This document shows positions 53,885 to 64,000 of a stretch of 64,000 nt of DNA, piece after piece. The stretch is from a virus. Lineage: Duplodnaviria; Caudoviricetes. Numbering within the stretch: position 1 is the stretch's first letter; every line of letters starts with the position of its first letter. The position numbers were made by a program, and so were the translations under genes. Below the pieces are notes generated by a model. The model worked only from the letters and a program-made list of their open reading frames with translations, was not told where the DNA came from and did not search any database. Where the stretch lies: IMG/VR virus record IMGVR_UViG_3300020450_000008; one strand, given 5' to 3'.

Positions 53885-54274
53885 ATGGCACAATATGAAG
53901 ATTTAATAGTAGACCAAGGCAGTGATGTAGAGATAAAACTCGAACTATTCAATCCTGATGGTTCTAGAAAAATCCTCAACAAATATAATCAAGCAACAAA
54001 TACTCTTATTCCACTTTTTTCTGCAAATGGCAAGATAAAAAAATCTTTCAATTCAAAAGATTCTGATACAACTTCTTTTGGAACGACAACAATATCTCCG
54101 ACTAATGAAGAAAATTGCGTATTTTTGAGTCTCTCAAATACAACAACTGACGCTATGAAAGCAGGTAGATACGTTTATGATGTTGAAATATCTGCAACTG
54201 ATAGTTTCGGAGTAACGACTATAGAAAGAATTTTGGAAGGAAAACTAACGGTTTCACCTTCTGTAACGAAGTAG
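53885..54274 (+). CDS. BppU-N-like baseplate/fibre accessory protein
   Basis: LIVDQGSD, LSLSNTTT..MKAGRYVYDVEI...RILEGKLTVSPSVT. Confidence 0.65.
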   Translation: MAQYEDLIVDQGSDVEIKLELFNPDGSRKILNKYNQATNTLIPLFSANGKIKKSFNSKDSDTTSFGTTTISPTNEENCVFLSLSNTTTDAMKAGRYVYDVEISATDSFGVTTIERILEGKLTVSPSVTK

Positions 54275-54283
54275 GAAACGCTT

Positions 54284-54571
54284 ATGGCGGAAATTAAAGT
54301 AGTCTCTGGAAAGACAATTATCAAAAAGATAACTGTTGGTGTTCCAGTAAGAGCTGTTAAAGCCTTTGATGTTAAAACAACGGTAGGTCAATTGACCGAT
54401 GTTGTTGTAGCTGGTGGCAAATACAGAGATGGCTACCTTTTAGTTTTTGATAGTAGTAGAGCACAGTGGACAGCTAAAGGCGTTTTAAATAGACAAAGAA
54501 TAGATGGTGGAGATACCTTTGCAATGGATTCTTTACCTCCATCACCAGATCAATATTTTCCGTTAAGTTAG
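54284..54571 (+). CDS. Hypothetical virion protein
   Basis: GQLTDV...DGYLLVFDSSRAQW fibre-like motif. Confidence 0.55.
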   Translation: MAEIKVVSGKTIIKKITVGVPVRAVKAFDVKTTVGQLTDVVVAGGKYRDGYLLVFDSSRAQWTAKGVLNRQRIDGGDTFAMDSLPPSPDQYFPLS

Positions 54572-54579
54572 GAATGTAA

Positions 54580-57500
54580 ATGCCGTCATTAATTCAGATA
54601 AAAAGATCAGCCACCGAGCTCAAACCCGATAAGTTAAGGGTTGGTGAACTTGCCTACTCATATGCTGATAGTTCATTAAAACTATTCATAGGTGTTGGAA
54701 ATGCTGATTCATTTCAAATGGCAGACAGCATTCAGGTTATTGGTGGTAGATTTTACACAAATTTATTAGATGTTGATAGTGCTGGTGTATCTGATCCTGG
54801 TAAATATTTACTATTAGGAGATTCAAGAAATACAGACTTTTTAAAACTTGATTCGGCTAGTATCAATGTATTAAGAACTATAGACAATTTAGTAGTTCCT
54901 GTTGGAACTGATTCTCAAAGACCTTCACCCTTTGCCGTAGGTCAAATAAGATTTAATGTTTCAACTACTCAATTTGAAGGTTATGATGGAAATGCTTGGG
55001 GATCTTTAGGTGGAATAAAAGATATTGACCAAGATACCTTTATAAGTGCAGAAACAAGTCCAAATGCCGACAATGATGATTTAAGATTTTTTACTGCTGG
55101 TACTGGTCGATTAGAAATTGATCAATCAGGAGAGATTGTTGCTGCTGCTGGGTATAGTCCTGATAGTACTCAATCTCTTACAACAAAAGTATATGTTGAT
55201 AACGTTAAAGCAGGTAATCCTTTAGATGGAGATTGGTCAGATGGCGCATACAGATTTTTTAAAGATAGTGACAGAGTTACAGACGTTTTAGATGGTTTGA
55301 ACGAAGCTCTTAACAATGTGAGAAATAATACTTTTGTAAGAGCTTTATCATTTGTTGCTAATCCATTGCAAGGTGGTGCAGGATTTACAACTACGCTTAC
55401 TATTACTAATGATGGTAATCCAAATAGATTTGATATAGACTGGGGTGATGGAAGTGTAGATTCTGGAGTTGCAACTACTACGCCAACACATGTATATACT
55501 GATCCACTTTCAAGTCCAGCTTCAATTGCTATAAGAGCATACAATACAAATGCAAGTGGTGTTGGAAATGAAGCACATAAAACAAATGAAAACTATGTTA
55601 CAATATTTACGGCCGATCCAGTTTCTGATTATGAATTATTCAGAGCACCAACTGGTGGTGTTGCGTTAACTGGCAATGACCTGTATGTTATTGAAGGTCA
55701 ACCACTTTACCTAGACAATGAAACAACATTTACACAAGTTGCTAACAAAGCTGGATTAGCCTTTGTTACATACAATATTGACTGGGGTGATGGTACTGCT
55801 GCTCAAACTATTGCAAGTGATTCAGATGCTGGAGGTGTGATTGGTACGCGATTATCTCATACATGGGGAGCTGGAACAAACACAGGAACTGGTAGAGATA
55901 ATGTTATTTTAACTCTTGCATCTCATACAACTGCTGATCCAGCAACTATTCCAAATACAAATACAAAACAATTAAAAGTTTATGATCCCAATATATCAGC
56001 TCCAAATGGACTAAACACTAAAACTATTTCATTTGTTGGTAATACAGGAATTGATCCTAGACTTCCTGCAGGATTTACTAATAGAATAGGTGGTGGGGCT
56101 ATAACAACTGTAGGTTCTGCAGTTAATAGAACAACCTCTACATCAGGTACTGTCGACACTAGTATTATTTCAAGTTTTGCATTTTCAGCAAACTCCGGAG
56201 TTTTATCAGCCCAAGTTAATAATGTTGCTAATGGTCAGGTAACAATGGACACAACAAGTAAAAATGGATCATACACAAGTTTAAATGTTACAGATCATAG
56301 TGATTATAATCTTCTAAACGCTGGTGGTACAACAATTCCATTTGCTTCAACAATATATCACCCAGGACTTTATTTTGGATTTAAAGCGAGAATTCAAAAA
56401 ACTGCATCAGCAATAAACACTGGTTTAAATAGTTTTGCACTAAATCATACAACAACTGGTTCAACAAATATAGTAGAGTTTGTAAAAGATGATTTAACAG
56501 CTACACCAACAACAAGTGCTGGAACATTAACACAAAATGTAGCTGGTACTTTTAGATATGTAAGTGGAATTCCTTACTATAACACTGGATCTCCAAGTTT
56601 AACATTAAGTGGCGTGCAAATTTCAAACTGGATAGGAAAGGCTTATCGTGGCACTGCACAACCTGTACAAATTCGAAGTGGAACAAATTATGAAAATACT
56701 TCACAATCAGCAATAGTATCAAATCTAAATTATACTTATGCGCAAGTTGATGGATCAACGACATATTTGACTGGAGGAATACCACAAGAAGATACAGGAA
56801 ATGGTGTGGCGTATTCAATTGGTAATTTAACGATTCCAATAACTTCAAATAGTGTACGAACAGTCGAAGATCTTAGAATTAGAACTTTAAACGTGAATGG
56901 AACAGGTTCATACACAAACATAACAGCAACAAAAGTTCAAGTACATACAGCGTCTCAGTCTGGAGTAAATGAAATTAATACTTCTGTAAATGTTGGTGGA
57001 ACATATTCAGATGGTGGAGTTAGAGTATTTGACTTTAACGGAGCAACTATAAATACTCCTAGTTATAGTGGTTCAACTAATTTTTATACAAATAGTCCAT
57101 ATACTGAAGCTACTGATCCAGGAGTTGTAGGAACAAAAGAAGCAACAGTAAGACTAGGAATACTAAAACATGATGTAACTAATTATAGCTCTGGATTTCT
57201 TCCAGTAGGACCAAATAGATCTGGCGATACTGGAAATCAATATTTTACTATGGCATTTCGTAGAACTGCAGTTGCGAACATTGGAATAAACATAACAAGT
57301 GCTACTGGTGTTGTAGGAGTATTTTTAGCCGCACCAGGAACATCAATTGATAACACGAGCACTTTAAACGGTTGGCTTGATTGTTCGGTACAATTTGCAG
57401 GATCTGGAGTTCCAGGAGCAAATATTGGACAAGGTGGAAATGGAAGTAATGGAAGTGCAAGTACTGGAGGTGATAGAATACAGTCAGGAGTTGGATTAAG

Positions 57501-57618
57501 TGGAACATATACGCAAACACTTGGTACTGAAAACTTGACAAATGCGACAGGTAATGTTTGTTTGATAAGAATAGTTTTAAGTTCGGGGCAGTCAGTAACT
57601 GCTTTGAGTATTACATAA
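54580..57618 (+). CDS. Tail fibre/receptor-binding-type protein with PKD-like domains
   Basis: IQIKRS...GELAYS, RP....GQIRFN..TTQFEGYDG, two IDWGDG PKD motifs. Confidence 0.7.
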   Translation: MPSLIQIKRSATELKPDKLRVGELAYSYADSSLKLFIGVGNADSFQMADSIQVIGGRFYTNLLDVDSAGVSDPGKYLLLGDSRNTDFLKLDSASINVLRTIDNLVVPVGTDSQRPSPFAVGQIRFNVSTTQFEGYDGNAWGSLGGIKDIDQDTFISAETSPNADNDDLRFFTAGTGRLEIDQSGEIVAAAGYSPDSTQSLTTKVYVDNVKAGNPLDGDWSDGAYRFFKDSDRVTDVLDGLNEALNNVRNNTFVRALSFVANPLQGGAGFTTTLTITNDGNPNRFDIDWGDGSVDSGVATTTPTHVYTDPLSSPASIAIRAYNTNASGVGNEAHKTNENYVTIFTADPVSDYELFRAPTGGVALTGNDLYVIEGQPLYLDNETTFTQVANKAGLAFVTYNIDWGDGTAAQTIASDSDAGGVIGTRLSHTWGAGTNTGTGRDNVILTLASHTTADPATIPNTNTKQLKVYDPNISAPNGLNTKTISFVGNTGIDPRLPAGFTNRIGGGAITTVGSAVNRTTSTSGTVDTSIISSFAFSANSGVLSAQVNNVANGQVTMDTTSKNGSYTSLNVTDHSDYNLLNAGGTTIPFASTIYHPGLYFGFKARIQKTASAINTGLNSFALNHTTTGSTNIVEFVKDDLTATPTTSAGTLTQNVAGTFRYVSGIPYYNTGSPSLTLSGVQISNWIGKAYRGTAQPVQIRSGTNYENTSQSAIVSNLNYTYAQVDGSTTYLTGGIPQEDTGNGVAYSIGNLTIPITSNSVRTVEDLRIRTLNVNGTGSYTNITATKVQVHTASQSGVNEINTSVNVGGTYSDGGVRVFDFNGATINTPSYSGSTNFYTNSPYTEATDPGVVGTKEATVRLGILKHDVTNYSSGFLPVGPNRSGDTGNQYFTMAFRRTAVANIGINITSATGVVGVFLAAPGTSIDNTSTLNGWLDCSVQFAGSGVPGANIGQGGNGSNGSASTGGDRIQSGVGLSGTYTQTLGTENLTNATGNVCLIRIVLSSGQSVTALSIT

Positions 57619-57627
57619 GGATAAGAA

Positions 57628-60600
57628 ATGGCAATTTCTACTGATCAAAAGTTAGACTTTTTATGGAAGAAACTCGGTTATGGTAAAACTAAAACCGATA
57701 TTAATTCTATTAAAGCAGCCACAAACGAAGCGATTCCAAGTCCGCTTCTCCTTACTGGTACCGACTTATGGACTGATGCTTATCAAATACCTGGAACAAA
57801 ACCATCTGCTGATACCACTGTAATAGGTCTATATCAGGACGCAGCTGGAGGTGCAAGTAGTGTAGAATGTATCGCTGATGGTACAGCATCGGCTAATCGA
57901 ACTTGGAAAACAAATCTTACTAATTGGATCCCACCTCAGTTTGGCTCAACTTATGGAATTAAAGTTTATTTAGATAACGCTAGTCAAGCTAATCCACAAA
58001 GTACAGGTACAGAATTATTTGCCGCTGGTTCTGGAAATAATGATGAATGGTTTTTTGATTATGCATCTGGTGTTCTTAATTTTATTGGAACAAATCTTCC
58101 AAGCGGTATAGCAGGAAAAAAGATATATATCGTTGGTGCTCGATATATAGGTAAGCTTGGAAATAGATTTACAGCTCTTTATGTTGATTCAGCGGAAATA
58201 AATCATCTTATAGTTGATTCATCAGAAGTTACTTTAACTAATATTATAGAAGCATATATCGATTCTGCGGATATAATGCATGCAATCATAGATTCTGCCG
58301 ATATAACACTTGGTAAGATAGGAACAGCAACATTAACGAACATGACTGCAGATTCTGCTCATGTTAAAACTTTAAGTGCTGATACAATTTACACACCACA
58401 ACTTGATGTTAACATAGTTGTTGCTAATCAGTTACAAGGACCTGCAGAATTAATTATTGATCCTGCAGCTACGGGTGATAATACTGGAAATGTTAAGATA
58501 CTTGGTGGACTTCAAGTTGAAGGGACTACAACCACCGTTAACTCAACAACAGTAAGTTTAAACGATAAGAATTTAGTATTAGCAGACTCTGCTCCAAATC
58601 CTGCCGCTGCTGATGGAGGCGGTATAACTGTAGGTGGTGCAAATGCAACTCTTGAATATAAAGTACTAGGTGATAAATGGGAAGTTAATAAACCATTTCA
58701 TGCTCCTGAATTACATGCTGATTCTGGAGAAATAGTTTCACTTACAGCGACTTCAGGTACAATAGGATCTGTAACTATTGATAGCGCTACTATAAGTCAA
58801 ATTAGTGGTGATTCTGCTCATATTAAATTTATTAAATCAGACTCAGCAGATATAATATTTGGAAAATTTGACTCAGCTAAAATTGATTTTGCAGAAGTAG
58901 ATTTTATTGATGCAAGTTATGGTAATGTTGATTCAGTTGATATTGGTACAGCTAGAATTAATAGTTTACAATTAGCTGGTCAAATACCAAATAGGTTTAT
59001 GGTAAGTGACAGTCTTGGAAACATGACTACTGTGACGGATGCTCAGTTTGGTCCATCTCTTGTCAATCTGTATCAAGGTGCTTTTCAAGTTCAATCTAAT
59101 GGTAATGTTGGAATAGGTAATCAACTAACAGTTGGTGGTGTTACAGTTGAAAGAACTGGAATGACTATTCCACATTTAACAACTGATAAAGTTGTAATAA
59201 CATCATTATCTGATCAACATATTCCTTTTGTTTCAAATAATGATTCTTTAGCACAAAGTGTTAACTTTCAATTTGGTTCAAAATCATCGCAATATGCTCC
59301 AGGAACTTTTGATGGTTTATTAATAGGTTGGAATCCTCTTCAAGACTCTGGTACTTATCGATTTAATGTTGATCAGACTTCAGGTAAAGTAACATCATAT
59401 GGTGGTGCAAAACTTGGTAGACACAACAGAATGGCAGTTGGCCAGTACATTCAGAATTTTCCACAAGGTGATCCTAATTCGTTTAATAGAGATTTCTTTG
59501 GATTAGAAATTTCAAATGATTCTGGTAACTTAATATCAACTGCTTACAAAAATATATTTAAATCACCCATGCCAACTGAAATTACTGGAACGGGACCTGA
59601 TAGCGCGTATGTTTTTGAAATTAGATCTTTTCCAGATCCAGGTTATGAGGACAGTACTCTTTTTGCTGTACGAAGAGATGGATCTATTGCCATCAGAGGA
59701 AATCTTTTAAAAGGCGACAATATAACTGGCTTTTCTGCTGGTGGGATATTTAATCAAAATGAATCAAGTAGAGATGCATTTTATTTTAATGATCCAGCTG
59801 AATATGGACCAACAGGTAGCAAAAGTATAAATCATTATACTTTTGGAAGAGTTGGTCTAGGAACTAAAACTCCACTATATTCTTTTAGCACTGAAGGCAA
59901 CTTTGCATCTAGAGGCGAAATAGACTCTAATAAACTAGAACATTTATTATATAGACCAAAATATTATGGTTATACTGATGATAGTTCTAGAGCTAGATTA
60001 GCATTCATTCCAAGTAAGGCAATGACACGTGGTGGATTCTTTAAGGATAGTAGTTTTAATTCAAATGTAATGGGAATGTTCTCAACAGCGTTTGGTGCTG
60101 AAACAATAGCAACAGGCGTAGGTACATTTGCCGCTGGTTGGGCATCAAAGGCTTTAGGTGATCATGCAATTGCAATAGGCCACAATAATACAACTGGAAA
60201 TACTGGAAACAAAGCTGGAGTTGCAATTGGTGTATTCAACCAGTTTGATTCAAGTTTTGGTCAGGCAGATCATTCAATTGCTATTGGTTTAGAAAATAGA
60301 GTTCGTGGTGATTTTGCTACTGCAATAGGAGAAAGAAATACAGTTGCAGGAAATAATGCTGGTATATTTGGATCTAAAAACTCTATTGGACTTTATGCAG
60401 ATGGAACTTCAGGCACCGTTAATGGAGCAAATTCATACGCCATTGGTAATAATAATGAAATTGGAAAAGCTGTAAGTGCATTACAGTTTGGTACTAATAA
60501 TATTACATCGACTGGTGCATCAACTTCTATTGCTATTGGTTTTAATCATAAAGTAAGAAATCAGCAAGCAATAGCAATAGGTACAAATAATATTATTAAT

Positions 60601-63600
60601 CCTAGAGGCGGTGTTGCAATAGGTCAAAGTATTGAGCTGGATTCAACTGCTGAGTATAGTTTTGCAGTAGGATTGGATGCTGGAGGTACCACAAGAAGAA
60701 CAATTGCTCCTAATATTATGTCAATTAGAGGTGGTAACCTAAATATCGGTGGTGATTCTGATCACTTTACATCTCAGGCTTATAATGCTGAAGGAAACCT
60801 CTATGTAGCTGGAACACTTATAGTTGAAGGCGAAATTCAGCAGGTTGTTGGCGCTGGATTTAGTTCAGCTTCTCCATGGACAGATGGAGGACAATATGTT
60901 ACTTCACAACTACCAGATGGTAGACAGTACGCGGTAGAAAAAGCTGCAGCTCATCAAGATTTTGATATATTAGGTCCTGATGGATTTATTATTGAAGGTA
61001 CTCAAAGAGCTATAACAAGAATAGATCCTAATTTAGCAGGTAGAGTTTTAGATGATGGAGAAGTCAGACATTCTCCTGCTACAGGTGGAGATTCAAACTA
61101 TCCATTTGATAGTGCATTTTTTAATCCTGTATCTACTCACAGAAGTATAATGAGTTATGTTCCAAAGGCTCAAGTATTGAGAATTGGAAACTTTACAAAT
61201 AATGATTATCTCACCAATGCAAAAATTGGTTACGCATCTACAGCAATTGGTCAAGATAACAGAGTTGCTGGTCTATACAGCATGGCATTTGGTAAAGATA
61301 ATGATCTTAGAAGACTTGACTCATCTCAATACTTGGGACAAGATGGTAGCTACTTTAGAGTTTTTGGTGATGAGAATATTGGAGAAAGCAATGCGCACCA
61401 CAATATAATAATTGGTAGTTCCAATAGAATAAAAGGAACAACTAATAACGCTTTTATTATTGGTAGAAATAACGAAGTATCACTTGCTGACAGCACTATG
61501 ATAATCTTAAGACAGGGTACTCATGTTGGTGACAGTTCACTTAATGGTACAAGAGTATTAATAGGAAAAGACGAAAGACTTATAGGTAATCCAGCTGCTG
61601 GCGGGGGAAGAACTGATAGCGCGTTTGCTCTTGACGTAAGAGGTGATATACATCTTGATAGTCCTGGGACAATATACTTTGGAAGCAGAAATATCAGACA
61701 ATATCTTGGATTTGGTGAGGAAGAGACAAAGACCACTACACCTACAACAAATCCACAAAATACTACATCCACTGGATTTATATCTAGAATCCAATCAATA
61801 AGCCAAAAACTTAAAATTACTACAACATCCAATCATGGCTTCACTCAAGGTGGTAACCTTGCTATTAATCTCTTAGGTGTTCCATCTTCTGGAACTAACT
61901 ATATTTCAAATATAAGTCCACCTAATTATTATTTTCCAGTTATTCTTGACGCTACTTCATTTAATTTAAGACATGATTCTCCAACTGGTCCTTTCTTAGA
62001 CTATGATAACGCTGGTGCTGAAAATAGCATTACCAGATATACAACAGCAACACTAGTTGGTGATGATGCTCAAATTGATTATACTGGGACGCAACTAAGA
62101 GAATTGTATTGGGAACCGGCAGCTATTTTACCTGCTGATCTAGATGTAGCAGGTGACTTAAGAGTTGCTGGTACAGGTCCAGGTGGTACACTTGGATTGG
62201 TTGCAGATTCGGCTGGAGTAAAATTTACTGCTAATGCTTTATCTCCTTCTACTGCAACGTATGAATATGAGATGCGTATTGATGGTTTAAAACTTAATGG
62301 TGTTGGTGTAGATAGTCACGTTGTTTTAAGATCAGGTGGATTATTCAATAGTGAAGTTCAAAACATCATTGATTCAGCATATGTACAATTAAGAGCAAGT
62401 AATGATGAGTTTTGGGTAAATGCGGCTAACTCTCTTTATTATGACCCAGCAACTACTGTAAAACCTGTACAAATAGGTCTTAATGATAATGATACCACAG
62501 CCTCAGAAAAATCTAAATATTCTTTACATATTAAGCCAAGAACAACTACTGGTGCCATTAACATAAAAACAAATGGTGCTGGTATACAGTCAAATCAAAG
62601 CCCCATTGATATAGATGGAAGCCCATGGCCGACCAAAGCTTACCTAACACAAAGTGGTTTGATAGATGCCACTTATGTTAATAGTGTTGTCAGTGTAAGC
62701 GCTTCAACAATACAAAACTTTATTGATAATAGCTATGTTAAGAGTATTGCAGATAGTGCTTATATTATTAGTATTGCTTCTGAAATAGCTAATGATAGTT
62801 CTACATGGCAAAGAAATGGTGATACATTATTCTTTGGAACCTATCCAAATGTTGCTAATGTTAATGTTGGAATTGGTATTGAAGATCCTAGAGCAAAATT
62901 TGAAGTTGATGGATCGGTAAGATTTGGAACTAGAACAGGATTTCCAAATTATATAAGTCCTAACATAGCAGTAGACTCCGCTAGATTTGGTGGAAAGTTA
63001 GTAGTAAAAGGTGAAACCGTAACACAAGATCAGGCTTTCGAATTTCATTTTGACTCATCTCATTTACTAGTTGATCAAGGTGGAGCAAACAACAAGACAT
63101 TCTCAGGTGATGCGCCTGGAGCTTCTACAGATGTTACAAGATTAATACTTAACAATCCTTTAGACTCTGGCTATTTTGAAGTTAATCTTGGTGGTGTTAC
63201 TGATGGAAGAGATGGATTTCTTAGAGTATTTAAACAAAATCAAGATCCTGGTGGAAGCATTGATGATTCAAGCACTGAATTACGTCAAGGTCATTATGTA
63301 GATCTCGCGACAAAATACAGAGGCGATTGGTACTTTAAGCCAATAAGTGCAACAGAAGTAAGTACACAATACATTTTAGTTAGAGAAGGTGCTTTTGCTA
63401 CTTCAAATCTTGTAGAAAATCCTCCAGGTACTGGTGCTAGATTTGGAGTTCTAGATCATAGTCTTGTTGTAAAAGACAGATTTGCGCCAACATCTATAAC
63501 ATTCTCTGGTAATGATATGGATGATAGTGCATTGATTTATAATACCACACACAGTACAATATCTCTACACGATAGTACGCTTCAAACTTTTGAAGGTGCA

Positions 63601-64000
63601 AATTCAATACATAGAAATCCATTAAGTGGTACAGACAGTTTTAGCGGGTCATTAAGATACTTAAATCTTGATAACTATAACTTTAATTTTATTAATGGAA
63701 ATTCTTTTTCAGTACAGATAAATGATTCACATAGTCTAGGTGATATATGGCAGATACAAGATAGATCACCTAAGCAAACAACATCTATGGATGTTAGTGG
63801 GCCTGTTATATTTAGAAGAGGAACCGAAGATAATGCCAACGGTGCAGTTGTTATTGAAGATTCAGCTGTAATAGGAAAACTTAGAGTAGATGGTAATTCA
63901 CACTTTAGAGGTGATTCAAGTAGATTTGATGGAAATCTTCAAGTTAGAGAATTAAGAATCGATTCAGACTTTCTAGATAACTCTGGAAATACTATTAGTA
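57628..64000 (+). CDS. Very large tail fibre/adhesin (>2,100 aa, runs off the window; absent from ORF track)
   Basis: ATG at 57628 after TAAGGA (MAISTDQKLDFLWKK...). Translated segments are open and the last bases are in frame (DSDFLDNSGNTIS). Has VEGTTTTVNSTT fibre motif, GNVGIG repeats and YadA-like AIAIG repeats at about 60080-60700. Confidence 0.85.
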   Translation, partial: MAISTDQKLDFLWKKLGYGKTKTDINSIKAATNEAIPSPLLLTGTDLWTDAYQIPGTKPSADTTVIGLYQDAAGGASSVECIADGTASANRTWKTNLTNWIPPQFGSTYGIKVYLDNASQANPQSTGTELFAAGSGNNDEWFFDYASGVLNFIGTNLPSGIAGKKIYIVGARYIGKLGNRFTALYVDSAEINHLIVDSSEVTLTNIIEAYIDSADIMHAIIDSADITLGKIGTATLTNMTADSAHVKTLSADTIYTPQLDVNIVVANQLQGPAELIIDPAATGDNTGNVKILGGLQVEGTTTTVNSTTVSLNDKNLVLADSAPNPAAADGGGITVGGANATLEYKVLGDKWEVNKPFHAPELHADSGEIVSLTATSGTIGSVTIDSATISQISGDSAHIKFIKSDSADIIFGKFDSAKIDFAEVDFIDASYGNVDSVDIGTARINSLQLAGQIPNRFMVSDSLGNMTTVTDAQFGPSLVNLYQGAFQVQSNGNVGIGNQLTVGGVTVERTGMTIPHLTTDKVVITSLSDQHIPFVSNNDSLAQSVNFQFGSKSSQYAPGTFDGLLIGWNPLQDSGTYRFNVDQTSGKVTSYGGAKLGRHNRMAVGQYIQNFPQGDPNSFNRDFFGLEISNDSGNLISTAYKNIFKSPMPTEITGTGPDSAYVFEIRSFPDPGYEDSTLFAVRRDGSIAIRGNLLKGDNITGFSAGGIFNQNESSRDAFYFNDPAEYGPTGSKSINHYTFGRVGLGTKTPLYSFSTEGNFASRGEIDSNKLEHLLYRPKYYGYTDDSSRARLAFIPSKAMTRGGFFKDSSFNSNVMGMFSTAFGAETIATGVGTFAAGWASKALGDHAIAIGHNNTTGNTGNKAGVAIGVFNQFDSSFGQADHSIAIGLENRVRGDFATAIGERNTVAGNNAGIFGSKNSIGLYADGTSGTVNGANSYAIGNNNEIGKAVSALQFGTNNITSTGASTSIAIGFNHKVRNQQAIAIGTNNIINPRGGVAIGQSIELDSTAEYSFAVGLDAGGTTRRTIAPNIMSIRGGNLNIGGDSDHFTSQAYNAEGNLYVAGTLIVEGEIQQVVGAGFSSASPWTDGGQYVTSQLPDGRQYAVEKAAAHQDFDILGPDGFIIEGTQRAITRIDPNLAGRVLDDGEVRHSPATGGDSNYPFDSAFFNPVSTHRSIMSYVPKAQVLRIGNFTNNDYLTNAKIGYASTAIGQDNRVAGLYSMAFGKDNDLRRLDSSQYLGQDGSYFRVFGDENIGESNAHHNIIIGSSNRIKGTTNNAFIIGRNNEVSLADSTMIILRQGTHVGDSSLNGTRVLIGKDERLIGNPAAGGGRTDSAFALDVRGDIHLDSPGTIYFGSRNIRQYLGFGEEETKTTTPTTNPQNTTSTGFISRIQSISQKLKITTTSNHGFTQGGNLAINLLGVPSSGTNYISNISPPNYYFPVILDATSFNLRHDSPTGPFLDYDNAGAENSITRYTTATLVGDDAQIDYTGTQLRELYWEPAAILPADLDVAGDLRVAGTGPGGTLGLVADSAGVKFTANALSPSTATYEYEMRIDGLKLNGVGVDSHVVLRSGGLFNSEVQNIIDSAYVQLRASNDEFWVNAANSLYYDPATTVKPVQIGLNDNDTTASEKSKYSLHIKPRTTTGAINIKTNGAGIQSNQSPIDIDGSPWPTKAYLTQSGLIDATYVNSVVSVSASTIQNFIDNSYVKSIADSAYIISIASEIANDSSTWQRNGDTLFFGTYPNVANVNVGIGIEDPRAKFEVDGSVRFGTRTGFPNYISPNIAVDSARFGGKLVVKGETVTQDQAFEFHFDSSHLLVDQGGANNKTFSGDAPGASTDVTRLILNNPLDSGYFEVNLGGVTDGRDGFLRVFKQNQDPGGSIDDSSTELRQGHYVDLATKYRGDWYFKPISATEVSTQYILVREGAFATSNLVENPPGTGARFGVLDHSLVVKDRFAPTSITFSGNDMDDSALIYNTTHSTISLHDSTLQTFEGANSIHRNPLSGTDSFSGSLRYLNLDNYNFNFINGNSFSVQINDSHSLGDIWQIQDRSPKQTTSMDVSGPVIFRRGTEDNANGAVVIEDSAVIGKLRVDGNSHFRGDSSRFDGNLQVRELRIDSDFLDNSGNTIS

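Noticed and set aside
1589-56921. Many opposite-strand or nested ORFs in the track (e.g. 1589-2029, 6559-6905, 7392-8396, 24754-25098, 42551-42925, 55170-55544)
   Set aside because: They are shadows of well-supported genes on the other strand or frame, with no RBS or recognisable motifs.
38836-64000. DS enrichment as a by-product of selection for GANTC (CcrM) methylation sites, since GAY-TCN contains GANTC
   Set aside because: Many DS pairs use AGY Ser codons (4 of 11 in ORF 47098), which give no GANTC, and the enrichment is protein-specific and in one frame. A genome-wide GANTC count would settle it.
1-64000. Stop-codon reassignment suggested by the unusual tRNA
   Set aside because: Conserved genes (gp32, gp6, gp8, nuoB, kdsA) are full length under the standard code, TAA, TAG and TGA all end genes, and the anticodon is GUU, not a suppressor.

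Overview
This is a 64 kb segment of an AT-rich, T4-like myovirus genome. The host is probably a marine alphaproteobacterium, an inference from the acquired nuoB, zf-CHCC, BMP and kdsA genes. Bases 1-23.9 kb are an accessory region of glycosyltransferases, auxiliary metabolic genes and early-promoter cassettes of small ORFs, ending in gp33 and gp32. Bases 23.9-28.7 kb are a minus-strand baseplate-hub/gp2/gp4 block. Bases 28.8-64 kb are the plus-strand baseplate, whisker and tail-fibre module, interrupted by a glycosyltransferase/methyltransferase island. It ends in a >2,100-aa fibre ORF that runs off the window and is missing from the ORF track. Strongest leads: (1) a catalytic-domain-only Asn-type class II synthetase paralog ending 5 nt before a chimeric tRNA (Leu-type body, GUU anticodon, U1-A72, G73); (2) strong, partly 10-residue-periodic Asp-Ser enrichment in distal virion proteins beside many glycosyltransferases, suggesting virion O-glycosylation; (3) three respiratory-chain-related genes; (4) an OmpR/PhoB-type direct repeat sitting 5, 6 and 7 helical turns upstream of three early promoters. 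All homology calls come from motif recognition by eye; no searches were run.
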